From NCBI GenBank assembly GCA_964035545.1, contig OZ037771.1, positions 15,035,089 to 15,099,088 of the forward strand: a DNA stretch of 64,000 nt, read 5' to 3'. Numbering within the stretch: the stretch's first letter is position 1; every line of letters starts with the position of its first letter. Source of the DNA: Bugula neritina (Eukaryota > Animalia > Bryozoa). Positions 14,081 to 43,867 of this stretch are shown here, piece by piece. Under the pieces are notes generated by a model. The model worked only from the letters and a program-made list of their open reading frames with translations. It ran no database searches and was not told where the DNA came from. Both the position numbers and the translations under genes were made by a program.

Positions 14081-15403
14081 AGACTTTATTCTTAGGCTGT
14101 CATTTCTGTGTTGTACTTTAGCATAGACATATTTCTCGTGGAGTTACACAAGCTTTATTTTAGAGTTTTTCTTTGTGATTTTTAGAATTATATTTAATAT
14201 TTCTAGCTTATATATCCGTAATGATATTTTTTAATCTTCAGCATCTATTTTCCAATCAGATTTCATTTCTCTAATTTTCTATCAGGATTATTTATAGAAT
14301 GTTCTATAGCTGTATTTTAGTATAATTTGTATTCTTTTGGTAATTTAACTATGTTTTTATAACTCTTGTATCATGTTTTTGATTTATCTAACATAAAATT
14401 TGAGCTTCAAATTCTTTGCACAATTGCTACCAGATGTCTTGTACAGTAGAGTCAGTTTCCAAAGCAGAAATCTTTGGGACGATCACCCACTCTCCTTCCC
14501 ATAACATGTGTACTATGGGCTAATAGACATGCTGCTGAAATGTCAGCAAAAAATTCACTAATTTTACAAAATTATGTTTAAGTATTCGCAAAAACCATTT
14601 GGAAGAAACCTCACTTTCTTATGTGCAACATTACACTTAAATAAAGCTGCCATTTTCATGTAGAGATGTGAAGAAATTAGGTAACAAGAATAAGTCTAGA
14701 AAACTTTAATTTGCTAAAGAGAAGTTGCTCTCTCCATGTTTCAAAATGCCTAACCAGCTGACTTGTGGATTATTCTAACATATAACTATGATTTTCTACT
14801 ATTCAAATAAATTATGGCGTTAAATATATATAGCAATACTCTGTAACATGGCATCCATATAAACATAGCATTGTAATACCACAAGCAGTTTAAACTTGTA
14901 GAAGTTGTCTTCACTTTTTGAAAACCGAACTATAGTAATAAGTTTTGCTATAAACATGGATGGGATGTTTCACTGCAGAGGGAAATAATTTCCATGTGTA
15001 GACTATAGAGCGTAGTTTACCTTAGAGAGCATCTACCCTAAATAATCCTGCACGAGATGGGGGAAGGGCAAGTTTTACGACTTGCCTAGTAATGGCATGC
15101 TCAAACAGTTAGGAGCAAGTTGCTGGCCAGTATGCTTATATGTGTGTATAGTAAATCACTAAAGTGGGGTTTGTCTACTGGCATATAATCTACAGATACT
15201 GCTTGGTCTATTCTATAATTACATGTTTAGCCGAATATTGGAATTGCAGCATGCTGTGAAAAGTTCCAATATAAATTACAGCTTATTTACTGTTATTATA
15301 ACTTAATATTTGGTTGTATGTAAACTCGACATTTCATTGGTCCACCTAAAATACCTCAGAGGTCCTCCCCTTTTACAACTAAAGCTGACACTTTACTTGG
15401 ATC

Positions 15404-22123
<6,720 letters not shown>

Positions 22124-22354
22124 CTTTTGAGCGGATCACAAAATTTCATTATGTTCTGGGAGATGCTGTCGACTGCAATGCTTTGACAGCATGTTTATAT
22201 ATAGTCAACTGTTGATAAGAATTTGTATTGCTGAATTAAACTGTAATTATTCTCTTTGTACAGTAGAAATTTAACTTGCTCTCCAACATGCAAACTATTG
22301 CCCTAAAGACTTCTGCTTTGAAATGAGATGATCAAACCTTTATTAGCCTTCTCG

Positions 22355-22470
22355 CATCCAATATTTGAGAGCACAACTCCTAACCCACATCCAGTATTTG
22401 ATAGCACAACTCCCAACCCACATTCAGTATTTGATAGCACAACTCCCAACTCCTGACCCACATTGAGTAT
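22355..22470. repeat. 33-bp minisatellite (GATAGCACAACTCCTAACCCACATCCAGTATTT)n at the start of duplication unit 1
   Basis: About 3 copies here; ~4.5 copies of the same unit at 32853-33000. Confidence 0.85.
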
Positions 22471-22623
22471 TGCCTTGATTAATTCTTACCACATTATTTA
22501 TTTATAGTTGCTTTTTTAAATACTTCAAAGTTGATTATTGACAGCGCAGATTAAAATATTTTAGCTGTATGATTAGTATGAACATTGATATGCAAATAGT
22601 AGCAACAAATCTGATGGTAGCTA

Positions 22624-22788
22624 ACTGACTGACTGACTGACTGACTGACTGACTGACTGACTGGCTGACTGACTGACTGACTGACTGACTGACTGACTGA
22701 CTGACTGACTGACTGACTGACTGACTGACTGACTGCCTGACTGGCTGACTGACTGGCTGACTGACTGGCTGGCTGGCTGGCTGACTGA
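22624..22788. repeat. (ACTG/GCTG)n tetranucleotide microsatellite
   Basis: Read directly; contracted to ~8 units in the duplicate at 33156-33190. Confidence 0.95.
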
Positions 22789-23291
22789 TTGAACAACTGA
22801 AGTTTCAAGTGAACTAAATTATCTCACAAATTTAGAGTAACAGTTAATAGTTTAGAATTTAATGAATCAAGTTTTTGTTACAAATCACTCAATTTACTTT
22901 ACTCTCTTTTGGTATCATATTTTTTGTTAGTAACAGCCAGACGTCAATATAAATGTGGTACAATTAGGAGAAATCAAAAACTGACTTCTTTTTGTACTGC
23001 AGCCAAAAGTATAACAATGATGTCTTTGGTAAATCTTGAATTCAATAAAGTTTATTTAAAAAAGAATATCCACAATATCTTTGATGAAATTCATGCTTCA
23101 TTTCAAAATATTATGCAGGTTTTCGTTTTGAAAATTATACAATGCCATTATATGCTATATTATTGGTACTTTGAAAAGTTTTCAATTGAAGAAGTTTATA
23201 AACATCTGGAAATAATCTGGAAAGTAAAAAATAAATTTTCACTAATTATAGAGCTAAAATATATTTAGAAATTGTTACTTCAATCAGTAAC

Positions 23292-26200
23292 TTAACTTCT
23301 TTCTTCAAAGCTGACCATGATTGGCTCTTCAGGCAGCAACCCAAGAATTTTCTTGAACTTCAGTGGTCTCGTCTGCAAAGAGCCAACATTATAAGTGCTT
23401 TTAACATTACACAGAAGTAGTCAATCAAGTGAAAGGAGAGGGGGGAGATAAGTGATTATACAACTGGCCTGATGTAGGAATAGACCCGGACTCTGAATAT
23501 AGTGAACTAGTTTATATTTTAACAAGAGCTTTGCATTTGTTCTATAAGCTGCTCTAAACTGAGAAATGATTGAGTAAAGTAGTTTAGGATTCTTGAGTTT
23601 GGAGTTTCGAGTTCTAACTTAAACCTTAACTCCAAGCTCAAGAAACCCAAACTACTTTACTCCGTCACCCCCAACTCAGAGTGGCATATATAAAACGTTT
23701 TTTTTTCATGCTTCGAGCAGTTAAGCCCTCAAAGTGTGTTACTAGTTTCTATAGCTCGACCACTCATAGCTTCAGAGTTTTTTTTACAATGATTGTGACT
23801 TTAGACAAACATGCAGGTAGTGTTAAGTTTACCCAGTGGTCTCTTCCTGTAATATAATGGTCAGCGGCACCTGCTTGGGTTGAAATCTCACCAGACGCAA
23901 AGTTTTACAATGTGCAATCATTATAACCAGAGAAATGAAATTATATTACTCAATTTTTATCGATGGGAGTGGGAAGTCCTAAACAGCAAAATACTCTCAA
24001 AACTACTTCCAACAAAAATGTATATTCAATAATAGTCTATAAAAAAAAAGAATAGCAAATCATGGACAGTAGTGCAGATGTAATAGAAAGTGGGCAGATG
24101 CAGTTCTCTGTGTAGCTTATTATTATAGCATGCATTACCAACTCTATGTTATGTTGAATTATATAAAATATACTATGATGTTTGGCTACACTATATACGT
24201 AGAAAAAACTCATTATATTATACTATTCTTGTAGTAATTACTCACAGGTGTTTCATCATTCTTTGTTACTTTGAATTTCTTCAGGGTAGCAATGATAGTC
24301 ATCTTCATTTCAATCAGAGCTAGTCTGTTTCCAATACACTGTCTGTTTCCCAACCCGAATGGCATGTAGGCGTCAGCACAAGTAGTGTTCCATCTCTCAG
24401 GGGAAAATCTGCAGAAACGCAGTTACCATGTTATCTTAAATAACTACATTTGAATAAATACACTGTTAATGTTCCTATACTCCATTGTAAACTTTTGTAT
24501 AAATTTAACTTTTTCAGTGGCATAGAATTGAAAAATTTCAGATCAAAATATTTTACAGTACTAAAAGGATATTAATTTATATAAATAAAATGATATATGG
24601 AGGGTTATCTTCCCTTGGTACTCTTTGAGTTGACAAGTTTCCAACACCACATAAGGGTGGTAGGTATATACTACTACATTAGTGTTTAAATAAATGTCAT
24701 AGCAATGCATGACTGGACAACCATGAATTTGAAAATAGGTCATGATTTGAGACGCATTGTTATATAACAGCAGAACGTGGCTTATAAATCAAGTACCTCA
24801 AAGGTTCAAAATTTTCTGGATTTTCCCATATTTCCGGGTCTCGGTGCAACACCCAAGTACCAGCTGTCACAGCTGTGCCTTTTCTCACTTTTATTCCTTT
24901 CACAACCATATCCTCAGAAGCCATTCTGTCAAACCTGAAGAACAATTTAAGCCATACAGTTCTCTGGGGATATATTCAAAGTAACATTTTCTCAACTTGC
25001 TTATGCTATATACCAAAATATGTGCATGTGATCTACGAGCAATAAGCCACACCACAAAGTGTGAAAATTAAATTAAAATACTATAAGCTATAATAACATA
25101 AAGTTTTTATATATTATAATATATAACATTATAGCATTCGAATACTATATATAAGCCATACCATAAAGTGTGTATACTAAATTGGACTACTATATAAGCA
25201 ATAAGATAAAGTGTATAATATATAGCCTCAGAGTGCTAGAATACTATAAATAATACCTAAAGCCTTGAGGGTAGAGTCTCATTGTCTCATTGATAGAGTA
25301 TTCAAGTAGCTTGAGTTGGTTGACTTGGTCTATGGTTACATCTTCTGTAGTGCATACCTCCATTATCTCTTCATACAGCTAATAAAGGAATATATGATGA
25401 TGCAACAACTATAAATATGCAATAATGCTGGCATGTGCTGGCATGTGCTAGCATGTGCTCGCATGTGCTGGCATGTGCTCGCATGTGCTCGCATGTGCAC
25501 GCATGTGCTCGCATGTGCTCGCATGTGCTCGCATGTGCTCGCATGTGCTCGCATGTGCTCGCAACTGCAAAGAACAGCTTTTCTTAGAAAAAACTGATGC
25601 TGTTTTTAAAGGACTTTTGAATTCATGCATAAGTATTACAATCTATTTTCCTAATATACATGTCAAAATTAATCAACTTTCTCACAATTAGTGTAAAGCT
25701 TTGCATTTAATGAGTTTAATAAAAATTTCCCTTTTAGGATGCAAAGATGTTACGGATGTTAGTTTTAGTTCGCAACAAATACAAACATGTGTTATAAGAC
25801 ATATATATGGCAGCTAAAGCAGAGTATACAAGCACCTGTTGCTGAATGTCAGGGTGATGTGCCAACTCATAGTACAGATACAGAAGAGAGTCTGCGGTTG
25901 TCCTGAATCCAGCAAGGAGAAACAGCACGGCATTTGCTATCACCTCTTCTTTAGTCAAACCTAAATTACAAAAAAAGTATTAAACCCTTTAGGACTGTTA
26001 AAGGTAGTATAGCATGTAGGTGAAAGTTATCTTAAGTCTGTTAAATTTTCTAAAGCATGGGCAGTTTCAAAGACATTGACAAAACTCAAATCTTGTGATT
26101 ATACACTGAACAATGTATCCACTGGTCTCACAATAAATGGTAGTTTACCAGGTCACTTTGTATTAGAATTTTGTCGACCTTTAACCCCAATCTTTAATTA

Positions 26201-29200
26201 ACATGCTACTATAATTCACTTACCATGTTTACGTTTTATGTGCGGCTGATTAATTCTATATGCATACTTTTACTTTAGGTTTGTATGCAATTAGTAAAAG
26301 AAACTACTTATATACCTATAGTGAAAGTAATCCAAAATATTGCACACAATCTATAGATTATAGCAAAATAAAAATATACCAGTTAAGATGTCAAATGCAA
26401 TTCTTTCATATCAGTGTAAATAATATATGTTGAAAAAACAATTAATCATGTTCTAAAATCTAAACAGTTGAAGAGTATTCTCACCATTTCTGCTCCACCT
26501 GTATCCATCATTATCCACTGAGGTCTCTGGATCTTTAGCTGAAACCTCTACAATTCGATCAGCCATGTTCTGTAAGAAGTCATGAGTGGGCGTGCCTTGT
26601 TTCCTTTCTTCCAGTATAGTTTCACACATACGCTCAAAGTAGTTCCCTGCATTCTGATCGAGAAACCCAAGATTTAGAAATTTCCCGACAAAGCTCTGCA
26701 GCCATTGGGGGAAGAAAACTAAAACATATTTGCTCTTATTGATGTATGAGCAAAAAAATTTATATGATCATTTGCTGTTTCTAAATTGAACATAAAATAA
26801 TTTGAAAAGCTAAATCACTGAGCAGTAATTTTGCTGATTAAAAATTAATGGCTTTACAATTATATTTTTTTTCTCGAAATAATGTCAAGAGAAGTGTCTA
26901 TAGCCATTAAATTATTGGCAATTTTTTAAACTAAATAGTGAATAAACCTTAAGGACAAAAGAATTAAATATTTATGCTAATGTAACCCAACAACAAGGCA
27001 AGACTTGCTTTAAATTCCGTTTCTATAAGCTATATATAGAACTGACGGTAATAATAGTATCTATTAAATTGCAGTGTTTATAAGACTTATCATGAAGCTT
27101 GATTAAATGTTTAGGGCACAGGCTATACATGCTGCCAAATAAGAAAACAAATGAAACTACCTGTATGTTATTAATATTAGTTGGTAATTAAATTGCTATC
27201 AGTTTTATAGTACAGCAGCATTTCATGCTTGGGCATATTACCTTCAAGTTGCACTTGGCCAATAGCCAAGATATACATATATGTGAATAATGTTGTATGT
27301 TGTCAAGTAAGCACCAATTGTATCAGGCATTCTTCAAGCTATTGCATATGAAGGTTTACAGAGTTTATTACACTAGTTTTAGCCTGACAAATTTAAAATA
27401 AATGGGAACATAAAAACGTAAAGCTCTTACAAACTTACTAAAAACTATTATGATGACAATTAGTCTTAACTTCTCTCTCAGAGTTGAGTTACTTTCACTT
27501 CCACTAGTCAGTTTAAATGCATTTTCGGCGTAGTCTGAGTGTTCCTTAGACTGAGCTTCTGTCTCCAGACCAAAGGCGGTGGTAGAAATCACATCCAGAG
27601 TGAGTAAGTTTAGTTTTCTAGCAAACAGAAAAAAGAAATAATTTAGAAACAACTTGGCTAACAAGAATTTGGTAAATTGAAATAGTTTTACATTAATGGT
27701 TAATGAATTGTTGGCACTATTGGACCTTTATAAAACATTCAATAATTACTAAATTATTACACTGCATGCATGGTAACAGGTATATATATATTTATAGGCA
27801 TGTAGGATGCATTCCACGCAGCCTATTAAATTACTACTGCAGTGATGAGTTTACCCAGTGGTCCCTGTAGTGTAATGTTAGCACACTTGCTTGCAAGCCA
27901 GAGGTCTCGGTTCGAATCCCAGTGGGGGCAACTATTTTTCAACTTATACATAGTTATTTAATATGGTTTTAAAACTCTATATAGGAATAAATTTAAACAG
28001 ACGGCAATACCTTGATTTGCCTGAGAAAATATTGTATAATTTTAAAAACATTTCATGATTTCACTAAACAAATTTACTGCACACTTAGCAGCATTCTTGA
28101 AAGGACACTTACCCTCTGATGTCAACTGGCTGACCTTTGGATTTGGCAAGTTGTTCAATAAACACATCTTCGCACTTCTGAATGGCTGGCATCATCTACC
28201 AAAATAGAAGAGTCATCAAAGCTGCTCTATACACCTACATAGTCTTGTTAGTGTGTGATTAAATGCAAAACACTAGTTTCAAAAGATATATAGTCAAATC
28301 TAAAACTTTTGAAATTGTTTTAATGAAATTTGGAAATAAAATGTGCTAACAAAATGGAAAGATTTTAGGTTCATTGATTCAAACAATACAAAAGCTGCAG
28401 CAGTATCTTTTTTTTAGTTTAATTTTTTAGAATTTGGCAACATTTAGTGATGTTTTGTTTACCTTTTTAATTCTACCAGAAGAGAACTCTGGAGAGAGAA
28501 GTTTCCTGTTGGACTTCCAGTGATCTCCGCTGATGCTGAATATCCCGGCATCAAAAGCCCCGCCTTGCTTGATCACCCTTCTGTCAGTCAAGTGGTGGAA
28601 GTGTTTAATAAAAGCTTCTTTCAGCCATTCAGCATCGTAGACTAGCAGCACGGGTTGGGTTCCATCAAAGGTTCTGTTTCAACAGAAAATATATATGGAA
28701 CTTGACAGCTTTATATATGTGACAGAGATAATACATAGTATATTAGATATGTGTTGATTACGTAAGTATATGCAATATCATGACTGCATGAATTGCTTTG
28801 TTTATGTTAAAAAAGACTTCATATTTTCATATTAAATGTGCACATGGTTGTTTTAATAGCTGCTCAAGTAGAAGAAATACACATACCCCACAAATTTTCC
28901 ATACTCTTTAAAAAGCATCAAATCCAGTTCTACTAACGGTACACTCTACAAAGAACGAAATCAAGTGGTTTGTGTGAAGTTTTAAGAAATGTTGTCAATT
29001 TAAAGAAGATTGTTGAACTTTACAAAGGTTACAGCTAAAGCTTTGAGGTATGTTATAATATATGATGACCTAAAGCTTTTCCATTAAGCTGAGTTAAAGC
29101 TGCACTCCACACCTAAAGATATAATTAATATGAAATCTTTATTTTATTAGATTTGGCAGGTTTTTACTATGACACTCAAACACGTTGAGGTTACAAAATT

Positions 29201-29865
29201 AGTTGAGATTGAATAAAAACAAAGAAACTGCTACAACTATAATCTATTATATTTTGTTGAAGCTTGCTACTAGAATAACGTGCATGTACTGAGATAGTAG
29301 TTGTGTATTTTCAAACGGTATAATGTATTGCCATCAATCTATCCAATGAGCAAGTAAAACCAAAATATTCTAAAATAAACCAATTTTCTTGCAACTCACT
29401 AAAAAACCGAATATAATCAAGACATAACTTGCAATCATTTTGACATTTCCGTTTCTATAGTGAGAGAGATTACATAACTCATGCTATTAGCTTGGTTTTT
29501 GATTTATTGAAAGCCTTTTGCTTTTTGCTATAATTGTGAAGTAACTAAACATTAATATAGTTTATATGCAGATAATTTATATGCTAAGTATATAGAACAT
29601 ATCCTGTTGGATTATATTATATCTACTCACACTGCTCATAGTCTTAAAAGCTGTTCCTATGAATGGGTAGGGTTTGGGACCAGGAATTCCGGCATCTTTA
29701 AATATGTGGAAGTTTCTCACAAGGTAGCTACTCAGAAAGAAACAAGACACTATCTAGTTCAGAGCACACGAAAACCATTTCCACAAATCATATTGTAACA
29801 AACAAGCAAAAATAATTTGCTTATATTAATAAAATTGCTTTAAAAAATATATCCACAGTGCATTT

Positions 29866-29919
<54 letters not shown>

Positions 29920-30164
29920 CTGTGAGATATAGTTCGCTGCTTAAAAGAGCTCAATGTTTAAAACAGAGCATATCATAAAATAGAATTGAAATGACACAGT
30001 TAAAATTGATAAAACATTTTATTACTAATAGTTTCATGTATGTTAAAATATACACTCTTCAGATAAATGATTTAAACATCTTATCTGAAGAGTGTATATT
30101 TTAACATACATGAAACTATTAGTAATAAAATGTTTTATCAATTTTAACTGTGTCATTTCAATTC

Positions 30165-30244
<80 letters not shown>

Positions 30245-30615
30245 TTTGGTTACAACCATTGTATTTTAAAGCAGATAAACTAGTGCTTTGAATAGATAAA
30301 ATAATTCTATGTTATTTTCCCAATTTATGAAGATGCTGAATTTAGTTAATCTAGGCATGTCCTCAAGTACAGACAAGGTAGTTTAGATAAGTGAACTGGA
30401 TAGGATTAATTTAATAAATCACTTCACAGCTTGAATAATAAACATATGCTTTGACTGACAGTCACACACTGTGACCCCACAAGCAAAAACTGTCAAATAT
30501 TCAGTATTTATAAGATTATTGTGGTAAGCATTTGGCATACTTACAAGTAGCAAAGTGTAGACACTATTCCAACTAGCGGAATCCATAAGGGAATATCAAA
30601 ACCAGCCACCAACAT
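23292..30615 (-). CDS. Cytochrome P450 clan 3-like gene D, complete, ~520 aa; exons (5'->3') 30545-30615, 29631-29727, 28887-28945, 28463-28673, 28113-28195, 27439-27617, 26485-26718, 25836-25960, 25257-25378, 24797-24934, 24246-24408, 23292-23372
   Basis: Twelve GT/AG exons, 1563 nt in frame. MLVAGFDIPLWIPLVGIVSTLCYF, GIPGPKPYPFIG, HWKSNR, LSPEFSSGRIK, I-helix AGFRTT, ETMR, FSPERW, FGLGNRQCIG. Confidence 0.95.
23548..23696. repeat. Foldback / long imperfect hairpin in the last intron of CYP D (copy at 33952-34109 in CYP E)
   Basis: GAGTAAAGTAGTTTAGGATTCTTGAGTTTGGAGTT pairs with AACTCCAAGCTCAAGAAACCCAAACTACTTTACTC, and outer arms extend further. Confidence 0.8.
25425..25563. repeat. 10-bp minisatellite (GCATGTGCTC/G)n, ~13 copies, intron 8 of CYP D
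   Basis: Read directly; explains the RAHASTCEH/LACARMC ORFs. Confidence 0.95.
27838..27943 (+). mobile_element. tRNA-derived repeat, family B (insertion in CYP D intron 5, absent from CYP E)
   Basis: GTGATGAGTTTACCCAGT, then GGTCCCTGTAGTGTAATG (A box), GGTTCGAATCCC (B box), GGGGGCAACTATTTTT. The homologous intron of gene E (~41031) lacks it. Confidence 0.8.
29975..30172. repeat. Perfect 92-bp inverted repeat with a 14-bp spacer, lying between two (TA)n tracts in the first coding intron of CYP D
   Basis: 29975-30066 is the reverse complement of 30081-30172 by reading. (TA)n at ~29873-29917 and ~30170-30242. Confidence 0.9.
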
Positions 30616-31611
30616 AGTTCCTTGTTTACTGTAAACTCTACTTCTATTACTCTGAAAACACACCACATAATCCTGGTAAGCATTATGAAATTTTAGCAAT
30701 ATTTGTATGAACACTAAGATGGGGGGGTATAGTAGCCAACCAGCCATTGCTGAGGAAATTCTAAGGAGCTTGTACTCTATTTACTGCTTGAAGCAGCACC
30801 AAGCTAGTGGTTACTGAGTGCATTGCAGTTGGGGTTTGAGCTTGCCTATATAGGAATACTGATCTCAGTTACTGCTAACTTTAGTGCTGCTTCTAACAAT
30901 GTTTGCCAGCTGGGCCCAGCTACCACTTGTGGTGTCGTTAAATCAATATAATAATATGGGCAGGGATTTGTTGCTTAGAAGTGTTGGGGCATTACAGGAG
31001 TTGGAAAAGCTTTTCCCTAATTCATTATAGCTTTTCATGTATCATCACCACTCTGCCAGCTATATCATGATTTTTCCACTCTCCTTACGGCTGTTACATT
31101 ATAATAGCTAACTCTTTTGACTAGTATAAAAAACTAGCATTTTCACTTATTTACACACTTGCGTCTTACACCTGCAACTTGCAACTACACTTATAACTTG
31201 TGATGTAATGGTTTTAACATTGCTATTTTCTTTCAGTCTGCAGCAATAACTCTTTCTATATAATAAAGCACAAGAAGAGTGTATTTAATTTTACACACTC
31301 TCAGTAAGACTATAAGATACAATACTGCATATGCACAGGTAATGTGAGTGATGCCTGCTAAATAGTGTGTGCAGGTGTTGGCTGGTGTGTCAACCCATTA
31401 AGATTTGCTCAAATTATATCACCGACTTGCAAAAATATATATTTTTTTGAAGACAGCAAGCGCTAAAATTTAGCAGAAAGAATCGAATGTAAAAATGAAA
31501 AGCTCTCAATGCTGTGTAACACTATAATATGGCATCACTTTGCTATATTAACTAACATCATTACTGCTCACAGTTTATTGCTAGCTAGCTACTTATGGTG
31601 TGTACACTTAC

Positions 31612-31840
31612 CAGCAAAAGCCTTGTGAAGTAGAGGATTGAATACAAGCTGCTTCACTTATAGCTGTGTAGCTGCTAGTTCAGAGGTTGAAAGTATAATG
31701 CATTGACACAGTCGATTGAGCTCTATTTATATTTGCACAATTAGATAAGTGTGCAAATATAAAGCTTTTCAAACTATATATGGTAAACTGTTCACATGTC
31801 ACGTGATGCATATTATTGGTTGAGCATTCTTAGAATGTTT
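31612..31840 (-). promoter_or_regulatory. Putative core promoter and non-coding first exon of CYP D
   Basis: Minus-strand TATAAATA at ~31724-31731, donor CTG|GTAAGT at 31611 and acceptor GTGTTTTCAG ~35 nt upstream of the ATG (30615). Upstream are a Fox/GATA/Fox palindrome, an E-box, CCAAT and TTCTTAGAA. The block is near-identical at 44978-45190. Confidence 0.6.
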
Positions 31841-31977
31841 GTGACAGTGATTGTAGTCATGCTGGAGGGAATTTCATCATCATTACTAACTGATTTTGAT
31901 TTCGCAATAATCACAACAGTGTATTAGATTATTATTAATGATGACAGTAAACTGCAAGATTGAACTCATAACTGTAA

Positions 31978-32125
31978 AATAATATTGCCCCCACTAGGAT
32001 TCGAACCCAAGACCTCTGGCTTGCAAGCAAGTGTGTTAACCATTACACCACGGGGACCACTGGGTAAACTCAACACTAAATCCCACTCAGTTCTCTGAAC
32101 TCAACTGGCCTATATAGCTACTCCT
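31978..32125 (-). mobile_element. tRNA-derived repeat, family B (insertion absent from the duplicate at ~45325)
   Basis: Minus strand: ~60 bp of leader, then GGTCCCCGTGGTGTAATGGTTAACAC...GGGTTCGAATCCTAGTGGGGGCA followed by a T-run. Confidence 0.8.
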
Positions 32126-32852
32126 ATATAAAGGAAAGAAGACATCCCCTGAAGGTGTCTAACAGTATTATATGTGTGTTGCTGGTAAAAGTTGACGCAG
32201 CCACTTTGTTTCAGTATAAAGTCAGCATCTGCTTAGTATGTTAGCATCATCAACTCTCCCCTGAAACATTTATAGGGTTTACTAACAGTTTTTCCCCCAG
32301 CATTCTTATAGCATGTGATTTACTGCTAGTTATTTAAACTCTGCCGTATGTAGAGTAAAGTTAAATCAACTTGTGGAGAGCTATCTGAAAAAATTCATAA
32401 TATACCCTTAGGCTAATGCTTTACAAAAGGGACGCAGTAGTATCACTAGTATGATTAGTAATTTTACACTTTTACATCTAAATATTGAGAGCTTTAGTTT
32501 ATATAACTGATAATGTAAATGAATTGACTTTATACTACGACATGCATATAGATGAGCTGGCATTACTCAATCAGCATTGAATATCAAATTTGGTGTTTCA
32601 GGTAAATTCATTTTGTCTCAAACTTAGTTATTTGAAAGGCATATCCTGTTTTACTGTAGCTATAAGCAGCAAACATAGGCATATACAAAGAAAATGCATT
32701 ATGGGTCATTTTACTCGAAAGACCGCACACTATATTATGTCTCTAGGCTTTGACTCAAAAACTGCTCAAATTTAAAGTTTTCATTAAATGTTGCCTCTAA
32801 AATATATATTATGGTTACTACAAAAAGGTATGACAACTCCTAAGGTCATGAA

Positions 32853-33000
32853 CCTACATTCAGTAATTGATAGCACAACTCCTAAACAACATTCAGTAAT
32901 TGAGAGCACAACTCCTACCCCACATCCATTATTTGATAGCACAACTCCTAATCCACATCCAGTATTTGATAGCACAACTCCTAACCCACATTGAGTATTG
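32853..33000. repeat. 33-bp minisatellite at the junction between duplication units 1 and 2
   Basis: Same unit as 22355-22470; gives ORF 32788-32994 (DSTTPNPHPVF repeats). Confidence 0.85.
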
Positions 33001-33693
33001 CCTTGATTGAATAATTCTTACCACATTATTTATTTGGTTGCTTTTTTGAATACTTCAAGGTTTATTATTGACAACTCAGATTAAAATATTTTAGCTGTAC
33101 GGATAAAATGAAAATTGATATGCAAATAGTATAGGAATGAATCTGATAGTATCTAACTGACTGACTGACTGACCGACAGACTGACTGATTGAACAACTGA
33201 AGTTTGAAGTGAACTAAATTATCTCACACATTTTATGTAGTAGTAGTTTAGAATTTAATGAATCAAGTCAATTTGTTACGAATCACTCAATTTACTTTTA
33301 GCACTCTCTTTTGGTATCATATCTTTTGTTAGTAACACCCAGACGTCAATATAAATGTGGTACAATTAGGAGAAATCGAAAACTGACTTCTTTTTGTACT
33401 GCAACCAAAAGTATAACAATGATGTCTTTGATAAATCTTGAATTCAATAAAGTTTATTTAAAAAAGAACTTCCACAATATCTTTGATTAAATTCCTGCTT
33501 CACTTCAAAACATTATGCAGGTTTTCATTTTGAAAATTATACAATGTCATCATATGCTATATTATTGGTACTTTGAAAAGTTTTTAACTGAAGAGGTTTA
33601 TAAGCATTCAGAGGTAATGTGAAAAACAAAAAATAAATTTTCACTAATTATAAAACTAAAAGATATTTAAAAATTGTTACTTCAATAAGTAAC

Positions 33694-43459
<9,766 letters not shown>

Positions 43460-43867
43460 ATTTCCTTGTTTACTGTAAGCTCTGCTTCTATCACTCTGAA
43501 AACACACCACATAATCCTAGTAATATTTCTTATGACTTGTGCATATGAGCACTAGATAGGGGAAGGGGGGGGGGTTATAGTAGCTACACAGCCATTGCTG
43601 AGGAAATTCCAAGGAACTTGTATACTCTGTTTAGAGCTTGAAGCAGCACCAAGCTGGTGGTTACTGAGTGCATTGCAGTTGAGGTTTGAGTTTATCTATA
43701 CAATTACTGATCTCTGTCACTGCCAACTTGTGCGCTGCTTCTAGCAATATTGGACAGCTAAGCCAAGCTATGACTTGCGGCCTTGCCAAATCAATAGAAT
43801 ATGATCAAAGAGAAGTATATATTATTTTACACACTATGAGTAAAACTATAAGATACGAAATACTGCA

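Noticed and set aside
22909-23268. 119-aa + strand ORF
   Set aside because: Antisense to the CYP D 3' flank; the duplicated copy (~33310-33670) has stops; no recognisable motif.
31985-32058. Functional tRNA gene (also 27860-27931, 62088-62160, 62312-62383)
   Set aside because: The anticodon arm is aberrant (mismatched stem, 6-nt loop), copies are diverged and dispersed, and two are present in only one duplicate. They are repeats, not tRNA genes.
32853-33000. CRISPR-like array from the 33-bp repeats
   Set aside because: Units are directly adjacent with no unique spacers, there are no cas genes, and the context is eukaryotic.
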